64,000 nucleotides of DNA, taken from Pseudomonadales bacterium (GTDB lineage Bacteria; Pseudomonadota; Gammaproteobacteria; Pseudomonadales; Azotimanducaceae). The notes beneath the pieces are model-generated. The model did not search any database. It worked only from the letters and a program-made list of their open reading frames with translations, and was not told the origin of the DNA. Both the position numbers and the translations under genes were made by a program. Position 1 is the first letter of the stretch. The number at the start of each line of letters is the position of its first letter. Where the stretch lies: the NCBI GenBank assembly GCA_036381275.1, contig DASVDC010000128.1:18667-82666 (forward strand). The letters are read 5' to 3'. Shown here piece by piece: positions 1-8,538 of the stretch.

Positions 1-2
1 TC

Positions 3-761
3 CGGCTCGACGGCAAGCATGTGGTCATCACCGGCGCCTCTTCCGGCTTCGGCAGTCATTTCGCCGGTGTGCTGGCCGAAGCGGGCGCGCGGGTCGTGCT
101 CGGCGCGCGGCGGGTCGAGAAGGTGCTCGATCGGGTGGAGGAGCTGAAGGCGGCCGGCTACGAGGCCGCGGGTGCCGCGCTCGACGTGCGCAGCGCCGAC
201 AGCATCGATGCGTTCTTCGATGCCGCCGAGCGCGCGTTCGGCCCGGTCGACGTTCTGGTGAACAACGCCGGCGTGGAGGCCGGTGCGAAGACCTACGTGA
301 TGATCGACGAGGCCGACTGGGACTACGTCCTCGACACCAACCTGAAGGGCGCCTGGCTCGCCGCGAAGAAGTTCACCGAGCGGGTGATCAAGCACGGCCT
401 GCCGGGCGGCAACATCATCAACGTCTCGTCGATCACCGACCGACGCACCATCAAGGGCCAGTTCCCGTACGCCGTGTCCAAGGCGGCGATGACCCGGATG
501 ACCGAGGTGATGGCGCTCGAGGCGGCGAAGCACCGGATCCGGGTCAACGCGCTGGCGCCCGGCTACATCCTGACCGACGTGAGCCGCACCCTGCTCGAGA
601 GCGACCGCGCGCCCGAGTTCATGAAGGGCATCCCGATGCGCCGGTTCGGCGAGTTCGACGACCTCGACGGCCCGCTGCTGCTGCTCGCATCGGACGCGTC
701 GAAGTACATGACCGGCTCGGTGGTGACGGTGGACGGCGGCCACGTCTGTGCATCCCTCTGA
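3..761 (+). CDS. SDR-family short-chain dehydrogenase/reductase (5' end outside window)
   Basis: The frame is open from base 3 (RLDGKHVVITGASSGFG), so the Rossmann TGxxxGxG loop sits at the window edge. NNAG and YAVSKAA (YxxxK) motifs are present. The ORF-track start at 21 is an internal GTG. Confidence 0.85.
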   Translation, partial: RLDGKHVVITGASSGFGSHFAGVLAEAGARVVLGARRVEKVLDRVEELKAAGYEAAGAALDVRSADSIDAFFDAAERAFGPVDVLVNNAGVEAGAKTYVMIDEADWDYVLDTNLKGAWLAAKKFTERVIKHGLPGGNIINVSSITDRRTIKGQFPYAVSKAAMTRMTEVMALEAAKHRIRVNALAPGYILTDVSRTLLESDRAPEFMKGIPMRRFGEFDDLDGPLLLLASDASKYMTGSVVTVDGGHVCASL

Positions 762-776
762 CCAGGAGGAACGGCA

Positions 777-1907
777 ATGAGCGACATACGCCCCTTCCGG
801 ATCGAGATTCCCGACAGCCAGCTCGACGACCTGCGCAGCCGGCTCGCGCTGACGCGCTTCCCGGAGCGCGAGACGCCGTCCGACTGGTCCCAGGGCGTGC
901 CGCTCGACTACATGCGGGAGATCAAGGCGTACTGGGAGCGCGACTACGACTGGCGCCGCGCCGAGGCCGCGATCAACGCGTTCGATCAGTTCGTCACCAC
1001 CATCGACGGGCTCGACGTGCACTTCATCCACGCGCGCGCCGCCGAGCCGGATGCGCTGCCGCTGGTGATGACCCACGGCTGGCCCGGCTCCATCGTCGAG
1101 TTCCTGAAGGTGATCGAGCCGCTGCGCAATCCCGCCGCGCACGGCGGCGACGCAGGCGATGCGTTCCACGTGATCTGCCCCTCCCTGCCCGGCTACGGCT
1201 TCTCCGGCAAGCCCACCGCGCCCGGCTGGGGCGTCGAGAAGATCGCCGATGCCTGGGCCGAGCTGATGGCGCGCCTCGGCTACGGAAGCTACGTCGCGCA
1301 GGGCGGCGACTGGGGCTCCGCGGTGACCACGGCGCTCGGCATCCGTGATCCGCAGCACTGCCGCGCGATCCACCTGAACATGGTGACCGCACGTCCGGAG
1401 CCGCTCGACGACCTCACCGAGACCGAAAAGAAAGCGCTCGCCGGGATGCAGCACTACCGCGACTGGGATTCCGGCTACTCGAAGCAGCAGAGCACCCGGC
1501 CGCAGACGCTCGGCTACGGGCTGGTCGATTCGCCCATCGGCCAGGCCGCGTGGATTCTCGAGAAGTTCTGGGCCTGGACCGACTGCAACGGCCATCCCGA
1601 GAACGCGCTCAGCCGTGACGAGATGCTCGACAACGTGATGCTCTACTGGCTGACCGCGAGCGGCGCCTCGTCCGCGCGCCTGTACTGGGAGAGCTTCGGC
1701 TCGTTCAGCGCCGGCGAGGTCGACGCGCCCACCGGCTGCAGCATCTTCCCGAAGGAGATCTTCGTCTGCTCGCGGCGCTGGGCCGAGAACCGTTACCGCA
1801 ACATCATCTACTGGAACGAGCTGGAGAAAGGCGGACACTTCGCTGCCTTCGAACAGCCGGAGCTGTTCATCGGCGAGCTGAGAAACTGCTTCCGCCTGGT
1901 GCGCTGA
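777..1907 (+). CDS. epoxide hydrolase (alpha/beta hydrolase with microsomal-EH-type N-terminal domain)
   Basis: N-terminus FRIEIPDSQLDDLRSRLALTRFP and an HGWPGS motif are typical of the family, and the length fits. AGGAGG lies 7 nt upstream of the ATG. Confidence 0.85.
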   Translation: MSDIRPFRIEIPDSQLDDLRSRLALTRFPERETPSDWSQGVPLDYMREIKAYWERDYDWRRAEAAINAFDQFVTTIDGLDVHFIHARAAEPDALPLVMTHGWPGSIVEFLKVIEPLRNPAAHGGDAGDAFHVICPSLPGYGFSGKPTAPGWGVEKIADAWAELMARLGYGSYVAQGGDWGSAVTTALGIRDPQHCRAIHLNMVTARPEPLDDLTETEKKALAGMQHYRDWDSGYSKQQSTRPQTLGYGLVDSPIGQAAWILEKFWAWTDCNGHPENALSRDEMLDNVMLYWLTASGASSARLYWESFGSFSAGEVDAPTGCSIFPKEIFVCSRRWAENRYRNIIYWNELEKGGHFAAFEQPELFIGELRNCFRLVR

Positions 1908-3844
1908 TGGCAGAGCCGCTGTGGACACCCGACCCCGCTTGCGCCGGCCGCAGCCGCATGGCGCGTTTCGCGGAGCGCGTCGGCGCGCGCACCGGGCGTG
2001 ACCTGTCGCGTTACGACGACCTGCACCGCTGGTCGGTGGAAGATCCGGCCGCGTTCTGGCAGGCAGTCTGGGAGTTCACCGGCATCATCGCGTCGCGCCC
2101 GCCCGACGCGCCGGTCGTGGACCTGGACCGGTTTCCCGGCGCACGCTGGTTCCCCGGCGCACGGCTCAACTTCGCCGAGAACCTGCTGCGCTGCCGCGAT
2201 ACCCGCCCGGCGCTGATCTCGGTGCTGGAGACCGGGGAGCGCCGCGAGCTCAGCTTCGCCGATCTGTACCGCCAGACCGCGGCGCTCGCCGCGCATCTGC
2301 GCTCGCTCGGCGTCGGGCAGGGCGACCGCGTCGCGGGATGGCTCCCGAACGTGCCCGAGGCCGTGATCGCGATGCTCGCCGCGGCGAGCCTCGGCGCGGT
2401 CTGGTCGTCCTGCTCGCCCGACTTCGGCGTGCCCGGCGCGCTCGACCGCTTCGGTCAGATCGAGCCGAAGGTGCTGTTCGCGGCGGACGGCTACGTCTAC
2501 AACGGCCGGCCGATCGACACCACGTCGAAGATGCAGGAGGTCGCCCGGCAGATACCCTCCATCGCCACGACCGTGTGGGTGTCACTGCTCGACGCGGTGC
2601 CGCCCGGCGCCGTCCGCTTCGACGCGATCACCGCCGGGGAAGATCCGCCGGCGCTCACGTTCGAGCAGCGCGCCTTCGACGATCCGTTGTACGTGATGTA
2701 CTCCTCCGGCACCACCGGAAAGCCGAAGTGCATCGTGCACGGCATCGGCGGGACGCTGATCCAGCACCTGAAGGAGCACCAGCTCCACTGCGACCTCGGC
2801 CCGGACGACACGCTGTTCTTCTTCACGACCTGCGGCTGGATGATGTGGAACTGGCTCGTCAGCGGGCTCGCGAGCGAGGCGACGCTCGTGCTCTACGACG
2901 GCTCGCCGTTCCGTCCGCGGCCCGATGCGCTGATGACCCTGGCCGAGCGCGAAGGAATCACCGTGTTCGGCGCCAGCGCGAAATACCTGTCGGCGCTGGA
3001 GAAGGCCGACCGGAAGCCGATCGAGACCCACGACCTGAAGCGGATGCGCATGCTGCTGTCGACCGGCTCACCGCTCGCTCCGGAGAGCTTCCGCTACGTG
3101 TATCGCTCGATCAAACCCGACGTGCACCTCGCCTCCATCTCCGGCGGCACCGACCTGATCTCCTGCTTCGTGCTCGGCTCGCCGCTGCTGCCGGTGTACG
3201 AAGGCGAGATCCAGTGCGCGGGCCTCGGCATGGCGGTGGACGTGTTCGACGACGACGGGCAGCCGCTGCGCGGCGCGAAGGGGGAGCTCGTCTGCACGCG
3301 GCCGTTCCCGTCTTGTCCGATCGGCTTCTGGAACGACCCCGACGGGCGCCGCTTCCACGAAGCCTACTTCGCCCGCTTTCCCGGCGTCTGGGCCCACGGC
3401 GACTTCGCCGAGATCACGGAGCACGGCGGTTACGTGATCCACGGCCGCAGCGACGCGGTGCTGAACCCCGGCGGCGTGCGGATCGGCACCGCCGAGATCT
3501 ACGCGCAGGTCGAGCAGTTCGAGGAGATCGAGGAAGCGATCTGCGTCGGCCAGCAGTGGGAAGGCGACGTGCGCGTCGTGCTGTTCGTCGTGATGCGGGG
3601 CGGCCACCGGCTCGACGAAACGCTCGCGGCGCGCATCCGCGAGGCGATCAAGACCAACGTCAGCCCGCGGCACGTGCCGGCGAAGATCATCGAGGTGCCG
3701 GAGATCCCGCGCACGCTGTCCGGCAAGATCGTCGAGCTCGCCGTACGCGACGTGATCCACGGCCGCGAGGTCGCCAATACCTCCGCGCTGGCGAACCCGG
3801 GCGCGCTCGAGCACTTCCGCAACCGGCCGGAGCTCGCGAGCTGA
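1907..3844 (+). CDS. acetoacetyl-CoA synthetase (acetoacetate-CoA ligase)
   Basis: N-terminus (RYDDLHRWSVEDPAAFWQAVW) and the AMP-binding motif YSSGTTGKPK match the family. The protein is 645 aa. The ATG overlaps the preceding TGA by 1 nt. Confidence 0.9.
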   Translation: MAEPLWTPDPACAGRSRMARFAERVGARTGRDLSRYDDLHRWSVEDPAAFWQAVWEFTGIIASRPPDAPVVDLDRFPGARWFPGARLNFAENLLRCRDTRPALISVLETGERRELSFADLYRQTAALAAHLRSLGVGQGDRVAGWLPNVPEAVIAMLAAASLGAVWSSCSPDFGVPGALDRFGQIEPKVLFAADGYVYNGRPIDTTSKMQEVARQIPSIATTVWVSLLDAVPPGAVRFDAITAGEDPPALTFEQRAFDDPLYVMYSSGTTGKPKCIVHGIGGTLIQHLKEHQLHCDLGPDDTLFFFTTCGWMMWNWLVSGLASEATLVLYDGSPFRPRPDALMTLAEREGITVFGASAKYLSALEKADRKPIETHDLKRMRMLLSTGSPLAPESFRYVYRSIKPDVHLASISGGTDLISCFVLGSPLLPVYEGEIQCAGLGMAVDVFDDDGQPLRGAKGELVCTRPFPSCPIGFWNDPDGRRFHEAYFARFPGVWAHGDFAEITEHGGYVIHGRSDAVLNPGGVRIGTAEIYAQVEQFEEIEEAICVGQQWEGDVRVVLFVVMRGGHRLDETLAARIREAIKTNVSPRHVPAKIIEVPEIPRTLSGKIVELAVRDVIHGREVANTSALANPGALEHFRNRPELAS

Positions 3845-3906
3845 CGCTCGGTTCACCGCCATCTGGTACCATGGCAGGCCCTCGTGGCCCCCGGGCGGGC
3901 AAACCG

Positions 3907-4227
3907 ATGTCGGAGCTGGGCCGTCAGTTCGTCGAGCTCGCGGAAAGCGTCTCGGAGCTCATCGTGCTGCTGGAGGAATCCGGCGATCCGTTCTGGATCC
4001 CGTACCTGCAGCGGGGCCTCGCGCAGGTGCGCGAGAACCGGCTGTCCGGCGCCACCTTCATCCTCGGCTGCTACGGCGGCGAGGACACCTTCTCCGACCT
4101 GGTCATCGCCCGGACGCTCGAGCAGAGCGACCCCGCTGCCTTCCGCGACCTGAACGCGCGCCTCAACGCATTGCGCAATCAGACCTTCGAGCGCGCCAAC
4201 GCGATCACCTCGCGCCGAGCGTGGTAG
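3907..4227 (+). CDS. hypothetical protein (106 aa)
   Basis: Only the last 106 codons of ORF-track entry 2338..4227 look protein-like (MSELGRQFVELAESVSELIVLLEESGDPFWIPYL...). The part upstream of the ATG at 3907 is an out-of-frame shadow of the CoA-ligase gene. No family recognised. Confidence 0.5.
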   Translation: MSELGRQFVELAESVSELIVLLEESGDPFWIPYLQRGLAQVRENRLSGATFILGCYGGEDTFSDLVIARTLEQSDPAAFRDLNARLNALRNQTFERANAITSRRAW

Positions 4228-4278
4228 GGGTTCATACCCTCCGCTCAATGGATTTGTAACATCCTTCGTGTTAAGTTT

Positions 4279-4632
4279 TTGGACAGCAGGAGGGCGCATA
4301 GCAGTGGGGGCATTCCCGTGTTCAAACGCAGAACGACTGATAAACGGCCGCCGGCCCGGCTTGTAGGCAATTTGTTTCACGGTATCGCCATCGAACCCGG
4401 GGACAAGGCCTGCGAGGCCGTCCGCCGGATTGCCGGCCACCGCTTCCTCAGCGAGGAGGCGCCCCGGCTGCCGCTCGACGAGTGCCAGTGCATGCAGGAC
4501 TGCCGCTGCGTCTACCGCCATTTCCCGGACCGGCGCACCGACGTCCGCCGGGACATGGACATGGGCCTGCCGTACCGGCCGGTGCCCGGCGACAAACGCG
4601 CCGGAGTCGGTCGCCGGATCACGGACGGCTGA
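4279..4632 (+). CDS. hypothetical Cys/Arg-rich small protein
   Basis: ORF with the motif APRLPLDECQCMQDCRCVYRHFPDRRTDVRR. The start is uncertain (TTG 4279 or GTG 4318). It lies in a lower-GC intergenic-looking stretch. The antisense ORF 3853..4521 looks less protein-like. Confidence 0.4.
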   Translation: MDSRRAHSSGGIPVFKRRTTDKRPPARLVGNLFHGIAIEPGDKACEAVRRIAGHRFLSEEAPRLPLDECQCMQDCRCVYRHFPDRRTDVRRDMDMGLPYRPVPGDKRAGVGRRITDG

Positions 4633-4636
4633 TCCC

Positions 4637-5101
4637 CTAGCCGACCGGCTCCTCCGATGCCGGCACGCGTTTCCGCCGCATCGGCGGATCCTTGCGGTAC
4701 CGACGCGTGAAGCGGTGGGTCAGGTGCCACGGCTGGGCTTCGCTGGTCCACAAGTGCAGCTTCGGCTTGAACCGGGACGGCTCGTCGAGCGCCCCTACCT
4801 TGACCGTACAGACCCCGGGCGAGCCGTCACTGAACGAATACAGATGCGTGCCGCAGTTGGCGCAGAACGCGCGCGTCACCAGATGCCCGGCATCCGACAG
4901 CGTGGAGAACTCGGCGGGATGGCCGCGGGTGACCCGGAACTGCGCCTTGACGGCGCCGACGACGTAGGCCGGCCCGCCGCCGGACGTGTACTGGCAGGCA
5001 CGGCAGTGGCAAGCACCTCGGAACACCAGCGGCTCGTAGAAGCCGAACCGGATCTGGCCACAGGCACAACCGCCGGTGACCTTGGTTCGCTCATCCGCCA
5101 T
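4637..5101 (-). CDS. GFA (glutathione-dependent formaldehyde-activating / CENP-V-like) family protein
   Basis: Cys-rich zinc motifs GGCACGQIRF, CHCRACQ and FCANCGTHLY are typical of the GFA domain. Confidence 0.85.
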   Translation of the reverse strand: MADERTKVTGGCACGQIRFGFYEPLVFRGACHCRACQYTSGGGPAYVVGAVKAQFRVTRGHPAEFSTLSDAGHLVTRAFCANCGTHLYSFSDGSPGVCTVKVGALDEPSRFKPKLHLWTSEAQPWHLTHRFTRRYRKDPPMRRKRVPASEEPVG

Positions 5102-5114
5102 CGGACATCATCCC

Positions 5115-6338
5115 TCACCCGCCCCCGCGGGAAGCTGCAGGGGCGCATTCTGCCATCCCCGGCCGCCGCGGCGAAGGCAGCGTAGCCAGCAGCACCCCGG
5201 AGGCGAGGTTGCAGCACGCCACCACCACGAGCGCCCAGCGGTAGCCGCCGGTGAGGTCGCGGTAGTACGAGACGAGCAGCGGTGCTGCCGCGCCGAGCAG
5301 CAGCGCGAACGGCAGCCCGGCACTGCGCACGGCGCCGAGGTAGCGGCGGCCGAAGAACGACCCCCAGATCACCTCCTGCAGCGGAATCATGCCGCCCCAG
5401 CCGATGCCGAGCAGCACGTAGGCGGCGTAGATGAGCACGAGCGCATCGAGCTCCACCGCCCCGACGATCGCCAGCAGCGACAAGCCCGTCAACGCAGCCC
5501 CCGCCGCCGCCAGCGGGCGCGGCTCGAGGCGGTCGATGAAGAAGCCCCAGATGGGCTTGGACAGCATCGCCGGAATGGAGGCGACGGTGATCGCCCAGGC
5601 AGCCTCGCTGCGGCTGAAGCCGCGGTCGCTCAGGTACGGCACCGTGTGCAGCAGCATCACGACGATGTTGATCGTGAACAGCCCGAACGCGAGCACCAGC
5701 AGGTAGAAGCTCGGCGAGCGCAGCGCCTCGGCGCGGGTCAGCGAACGTTCGTAGTCGAGCTGGGCACGCACCGCGAGTCCGCGGGCGACCTGCTCGGCGC
5801 TTCGGCCGTCGGGATGCCAGCCGTGATCCTCCGGCGTCCGTCGCATCACCAGCGCCGCCGGCAGCAGACAGACCAGCGTAACCACCCCGAGCACGACCCA
5901 GGCGCCGCGCCAGCCGAGCTCGTCCGCGAGCCAGGTCGCCGTCGGCGTCAGCACCACTCCGGCAAACGACACACCCATCGCGGCCCACGCCACCGCCTGA
6001 CCGCGCTTCTCGACGAACCATTTCGCCATCGTCACGTTGACGACCAGGTTGCCGACCAGTGCGCAGCCCACCGTGAGCAGCGCACCGTTCAGGATCAGCC
6101 AGCCGGTCAGGGTCTGCACCTGACTGTGCGCCGCCAGCACCAGCGCGAGCAGCAGCGTGCCGACGACCATCAGCGGCCGGGCGCCGAAGCGGTCGACCCA
6201 GGTGCCGATGAAGAAGCCGGCGAACCCCATCACGAACTGCCCGAGGGAGCGCGACAGCGTGTATTCCGACCGGGTCCAGCCGAGCTCCTCGATCATCGGC
6301 ACCATGAACGGGCCGAGCACGTAGCTGAACATGCCCAT
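5115..6338 (-). CDS. MFS transporter (N-terminus probably longer, see findings)
   Basis: Multi-TM hydrophobic protein with an MFS-like loop motif (GTWVDRFGARP). The first canonical start gives 407 aa, but the open frame upstream encodes a TM1-like segment (YYGWWLVGAAFVAQFFA). Confidence 0.8.
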   Translation of the reverse strand: MGMFSYVLGPFMVPMIEELGWTRSEYTLSRSLGQFVMGFAGFFIGTWVDRFGARPLMVVGTLLLALVLAAHSQVQTLTGWLILNGALLTVGCALVGNLVVNVTMAKWFVEKRGQAVAWAAMGVSFAGVVLTPTATWLADELGWRGAWVVLGVVTLVCLLPAALVMRRTPEDHGWHPDGRSAEQVARGLAVRAQLDYERSLTRAEALRSPSFYLLVLAFGLFTINIVVMLLHTVPYLSDRGFSRSEAAWAITVASIPAMLSKPIWGFFIDRLEPRPLAAAGAALTGLSLLAIVGAVELDALVLIYAAYVLLGIGWGGMIPLQEVIWGSFFGRRYLGAVRSAGLPFALLLGAAAPLLVSYYRDLTGGYRWALVVVACCNLASGVLLATLPSPRRPGMAECAPAASRGGG

Positions 6339-6539
6339 CGCGAAGAACTGGGCGACGAACGCGGCCCCGACCAGCCACCAGCCGTAGTAGACGTCAGTGA
6401 GCTTCAGTTCCGTGCCTCCGAAAGCGCGGCATTACAGCACAGCGCCGCGCCGGAGGCACCGGGCCTTACTCCAGCGCCATCGACAAGGCGGTAGACGTAC
6501 CCGGCCGAGTGCGGTAAAAGATGAGCAAATCATCTGTCA

Positions 6540-7559
6540 ATGTCGCCGATGCCCGACCTCCTCAGAGGGCTCGCGTTCACCACCGCACTCCTCGCCGCGC
6601 TGCCCGCTGCCGGCGACGGGGCGGCCAGCTTCGACATCACACCGTGCGAGAACCTGCTCGGCAACAACTACGACAGCCTCGAGCCCGCGGCCAAGGCCGC
6701 AAGGCTCAGCGCTTTCGGCGGCTGCTGGAAGCGCCGCGCCGACGCCGCCGTGAGGCACAACTACCGGACCGTTCTGTCCCGGGTGGACAACTTCCACTTC
6801 TACGGCAAGCGCCAGGCCCACGAGCAGATCTCGGCGAAGGCGGCCACTGCGAACAACGTGCTCCGGGTCCGGCAGCGCACGGAGCAGGATAGTCTTCGCC
6901 AGCGGTTCGACTCCGAGTTCCGGGCGCTCGCGATGAATCCGGGCGACGACCCTCGCGAGATGAACAAGCGCAAGGGGGAGATCAACCAGCGGAGGAAGGC
7001 CGAGCAGGCGGCGCTGCAGGCGCGGCACCGCCAGGAGCGCGAGGAGCTCCAGCGCAGCATCAGCCAATCCTACCTGACCGTCGACGAGAAGCTGGCGAGC
7101 GAAGTGCACGACGACAAGTTGAACCTGGCACGGCAACGGATCGCCGTGGAGAAAGAGATCGAGCGCCTGCACGGCCTGGCGGTGAATCCCGAAGGCCGGC
7201 TCGGCGATGGCGAGGCGGCGATGATCGGCCGGATTCAGGAGGTCGAGGGCCGCGTGACCATCACCGGCACCGACGGCCAATCGATGACGGCGAGGGTCGG
7301 CACGCCGGTGTTTCACGGCGATGTGATCGAAACGGGGATCGACGGCGCCGCGAACATCGCCTTCATCGACGAGACCGCGTTCGCCCTCAGCGAGGACAGC
7401 CGACTCGTCGTGGACGAATACGTGTACGACCCCTCGAGTGAGCCCACCTCCTCGGACTATTCGTTCCTGAAGGCCATCTTCGTCTTCACCAGCGGGCTCC
7501 TCGGCCGTGGCGACATCCAGGTGGATACGCCGATCGGCGCGATCGGAATCCGCGGGTAA
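6540..7559 (+). CDS. secreted coiled-coil protein with C-terminal FecR-like domain
   Basis: Signal-peptide-like N-terminus (LAFTTALLAALPAAG) and a charged coiled-coil middle. The C-terminal pattern GDVIETGIDGAANIAFIDETAFALSEDSRLVVDEYVY...VDTPIGAIGIRG is typical of FecR (PF04773-type) domains. Confidence 0.65.
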   Translation: MSPMPDLLRGLAFTTALLAALPAAGDGAASFDITPCENLLGNNYDSLEPAAKAARLSAFGGCWKRRADAAVRHNYRTVLSRVDNFHFYGKRQAHEQISAKAATANNVLRVRQRTEQDSLRQRFDSEFRALAMNPGDDPREMNKRKGEINQRRKAEQAALQARHRQEREELQRSISQSYLTVDEKLASEVHDDKLNLARQRIAVEKEIERLHGLAVNPEGRLGDGEAAMIGRIQEVEGRVTITGTDGQSMTARVGTPVFHGDVIETGIDGAANIAFIDETAFALSEDSRLVVDEYVYDPSSEPTSSDYSFLKAIFVFTSGLLGRGDIQVDTPIGAIGIRG

Positions 7560-7563
7560 TCGG

Positions 7564-7755
7564 GTGTTGCCGGGCCGGTTCGTCGTCGTTCTGGGCATCA
7601 CGCTGCTGACGGCGTGCGCGCCGGACCCGGGCAGCGATGCCTGGTGCGAACGCCTCGAGCGCAAACCGCTGCTCGAGTGGACGGCGGAGGAGGTGAAAAC
7701 CTACTTCGGCGTCTGCAAGGCGCCGCTCGCCCCGGAGACGGGGAGCGGGGCGTGA
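7564..7755 (+). CDS. small lipoprotein (DUF3012-like, from memory)
   Basis: GTG start 4 nt after the upstream stop. Lipobox LLTAC follows a hydrophobic leader (VLPGRFVVVLGITLLTAC-APDPGSDAWCERLERKP). About 63 aa. Confidence 0.55.
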   Translation: MLPGRFVVVLGITLLTACAPDPGSDAWCERLERKPLLEWTAEEVKTYFGVCKAPLAPETGSGA

Positions 7756-7926
7756 TCCGCCGGAACCGGGTGTAACCGATTCCGACACCTGACAAGCCGT
7801 AGCACCGGCCGCCCGGCCGCAAGCCGGCCGTCCCGCGCGAGCGCGGTTGGGCACCAGGCCCGGGCTTGTGGTATAAGCCCGTTCATAGGAACGTACGATA
7901 ACACGTCAAGAAACGGGGAGGACAGC

Positions 7927-8538
7927 ATGCGATTCAGCGCGGTTCTGAGCACGGCGCTTCTGAGCGCCGTGCTGGCGCTCCGGGCGCACGCGGATTCGCC
8001 GAGCCCCGAGCTGGTCCGGCAGATCCAGTCCGATCTCACCACGCTCGGCTACGACCCGGACCCGGCCGACGGGACGCTCGGCACCAAGACGCGTCTCGCG
8101 ATCGGTCAGTTCGAGGCCGACCACGGGTTGCCGTTCACCGGTGCCCCGTCTTTCGAGCTCGCGTTCAAGATCCACGAAGCGCTCGCGACCGGCGCCAGCG
8201 CGCCGTCGGCTCCCGCCGCGGCACCGGCCGTTCCCGCGGCACCGACGGCACCGGCGGTGCCAGCAGCACCCGCCGTGCCGGCGAAGACGGTGGCGCAGCT
8301 CCAGCAGGAGTGCTTCGCGGCAGCGCAACAGGAGCAGAGAGCGAAGAAGAAGCGCTGGACGGCGCTGTCGAACCTGGGTACCCGACTCGCGAATCGGATC
8401 GGCGGCTACGAGGCGGTGCGGGAAGTGCACGAAGCCGCCGCAACCGTGCACGACGTGTCCACCGTCGCCCAGGAGCTCGGTATCAGCGAGGACGCCGTTC
8501 AGTCGTGCATCGAGCAATCGCAGGCCGCCGGAGGATGA
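7927..8538 (+). CDS. secreted peptidoglycan-binding (PG_binding_1) domain protein
   Basis: Signal peptide, then LTTLGYDPDPADGTLGTKTRLAIGQFEADHGLPFTG (the LGY..G..DG..G..T...I..FQ...GL pattern), then an Ala/Pro-rich linker. GGGGAGG lies upstream of the ATG. Confidence 0.75.
   Translation: MRFSAVLSTALLSAVLALRAHADSPSPELVRQIQSDLTTLGYDPDPADGTLGTKTRLAIGQFEADHGLPFTGAPSFELAFKIHEALATGASAPSAPAAAPAVPAAPTAPAVPAAPAVPAKTVAQLQQECFAAAQQEQRAKKKRWTALSNLGTRLANRIGGYEAVREVHEAAATVHDVSTVAQELGISEDAVQSCIEQSQAAGG

Noticed and set aside
2338-4227. 629-aa plus-strand ORF overlapping the acetoacetyl-CoA synthetase gene
   Set aside because: It is out of frame with a clearly real gene, and the overlapped part is Arg/Pro-rich. 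Only its last 106 codons (3907..4227) look like a real protein and were called separately.
8200-8290. Apparent DNA tandem repeat (GCACC/GGC/GCC periodicity)
   Set aside because: It encodes an Ala/Pro-rich linker (APAAAPAVPAAPTAPAVPAAPAVPA) within the PG-binding protein. This is low-complexity coding sequence rather than a structural repeat.
8310-8534. Long N-terminal extension of the second PG-binding gene. Analogous extensions occur at 14414, 18585, 20012, 43800, 52554 and 63998.
   Set aside because: The extensions overlap the preceding genes or REP elements, are R/G/P-rich, and precede obvious signal peptides, RBS-start pairs or family N-termini. Internal starts were chosen instead.
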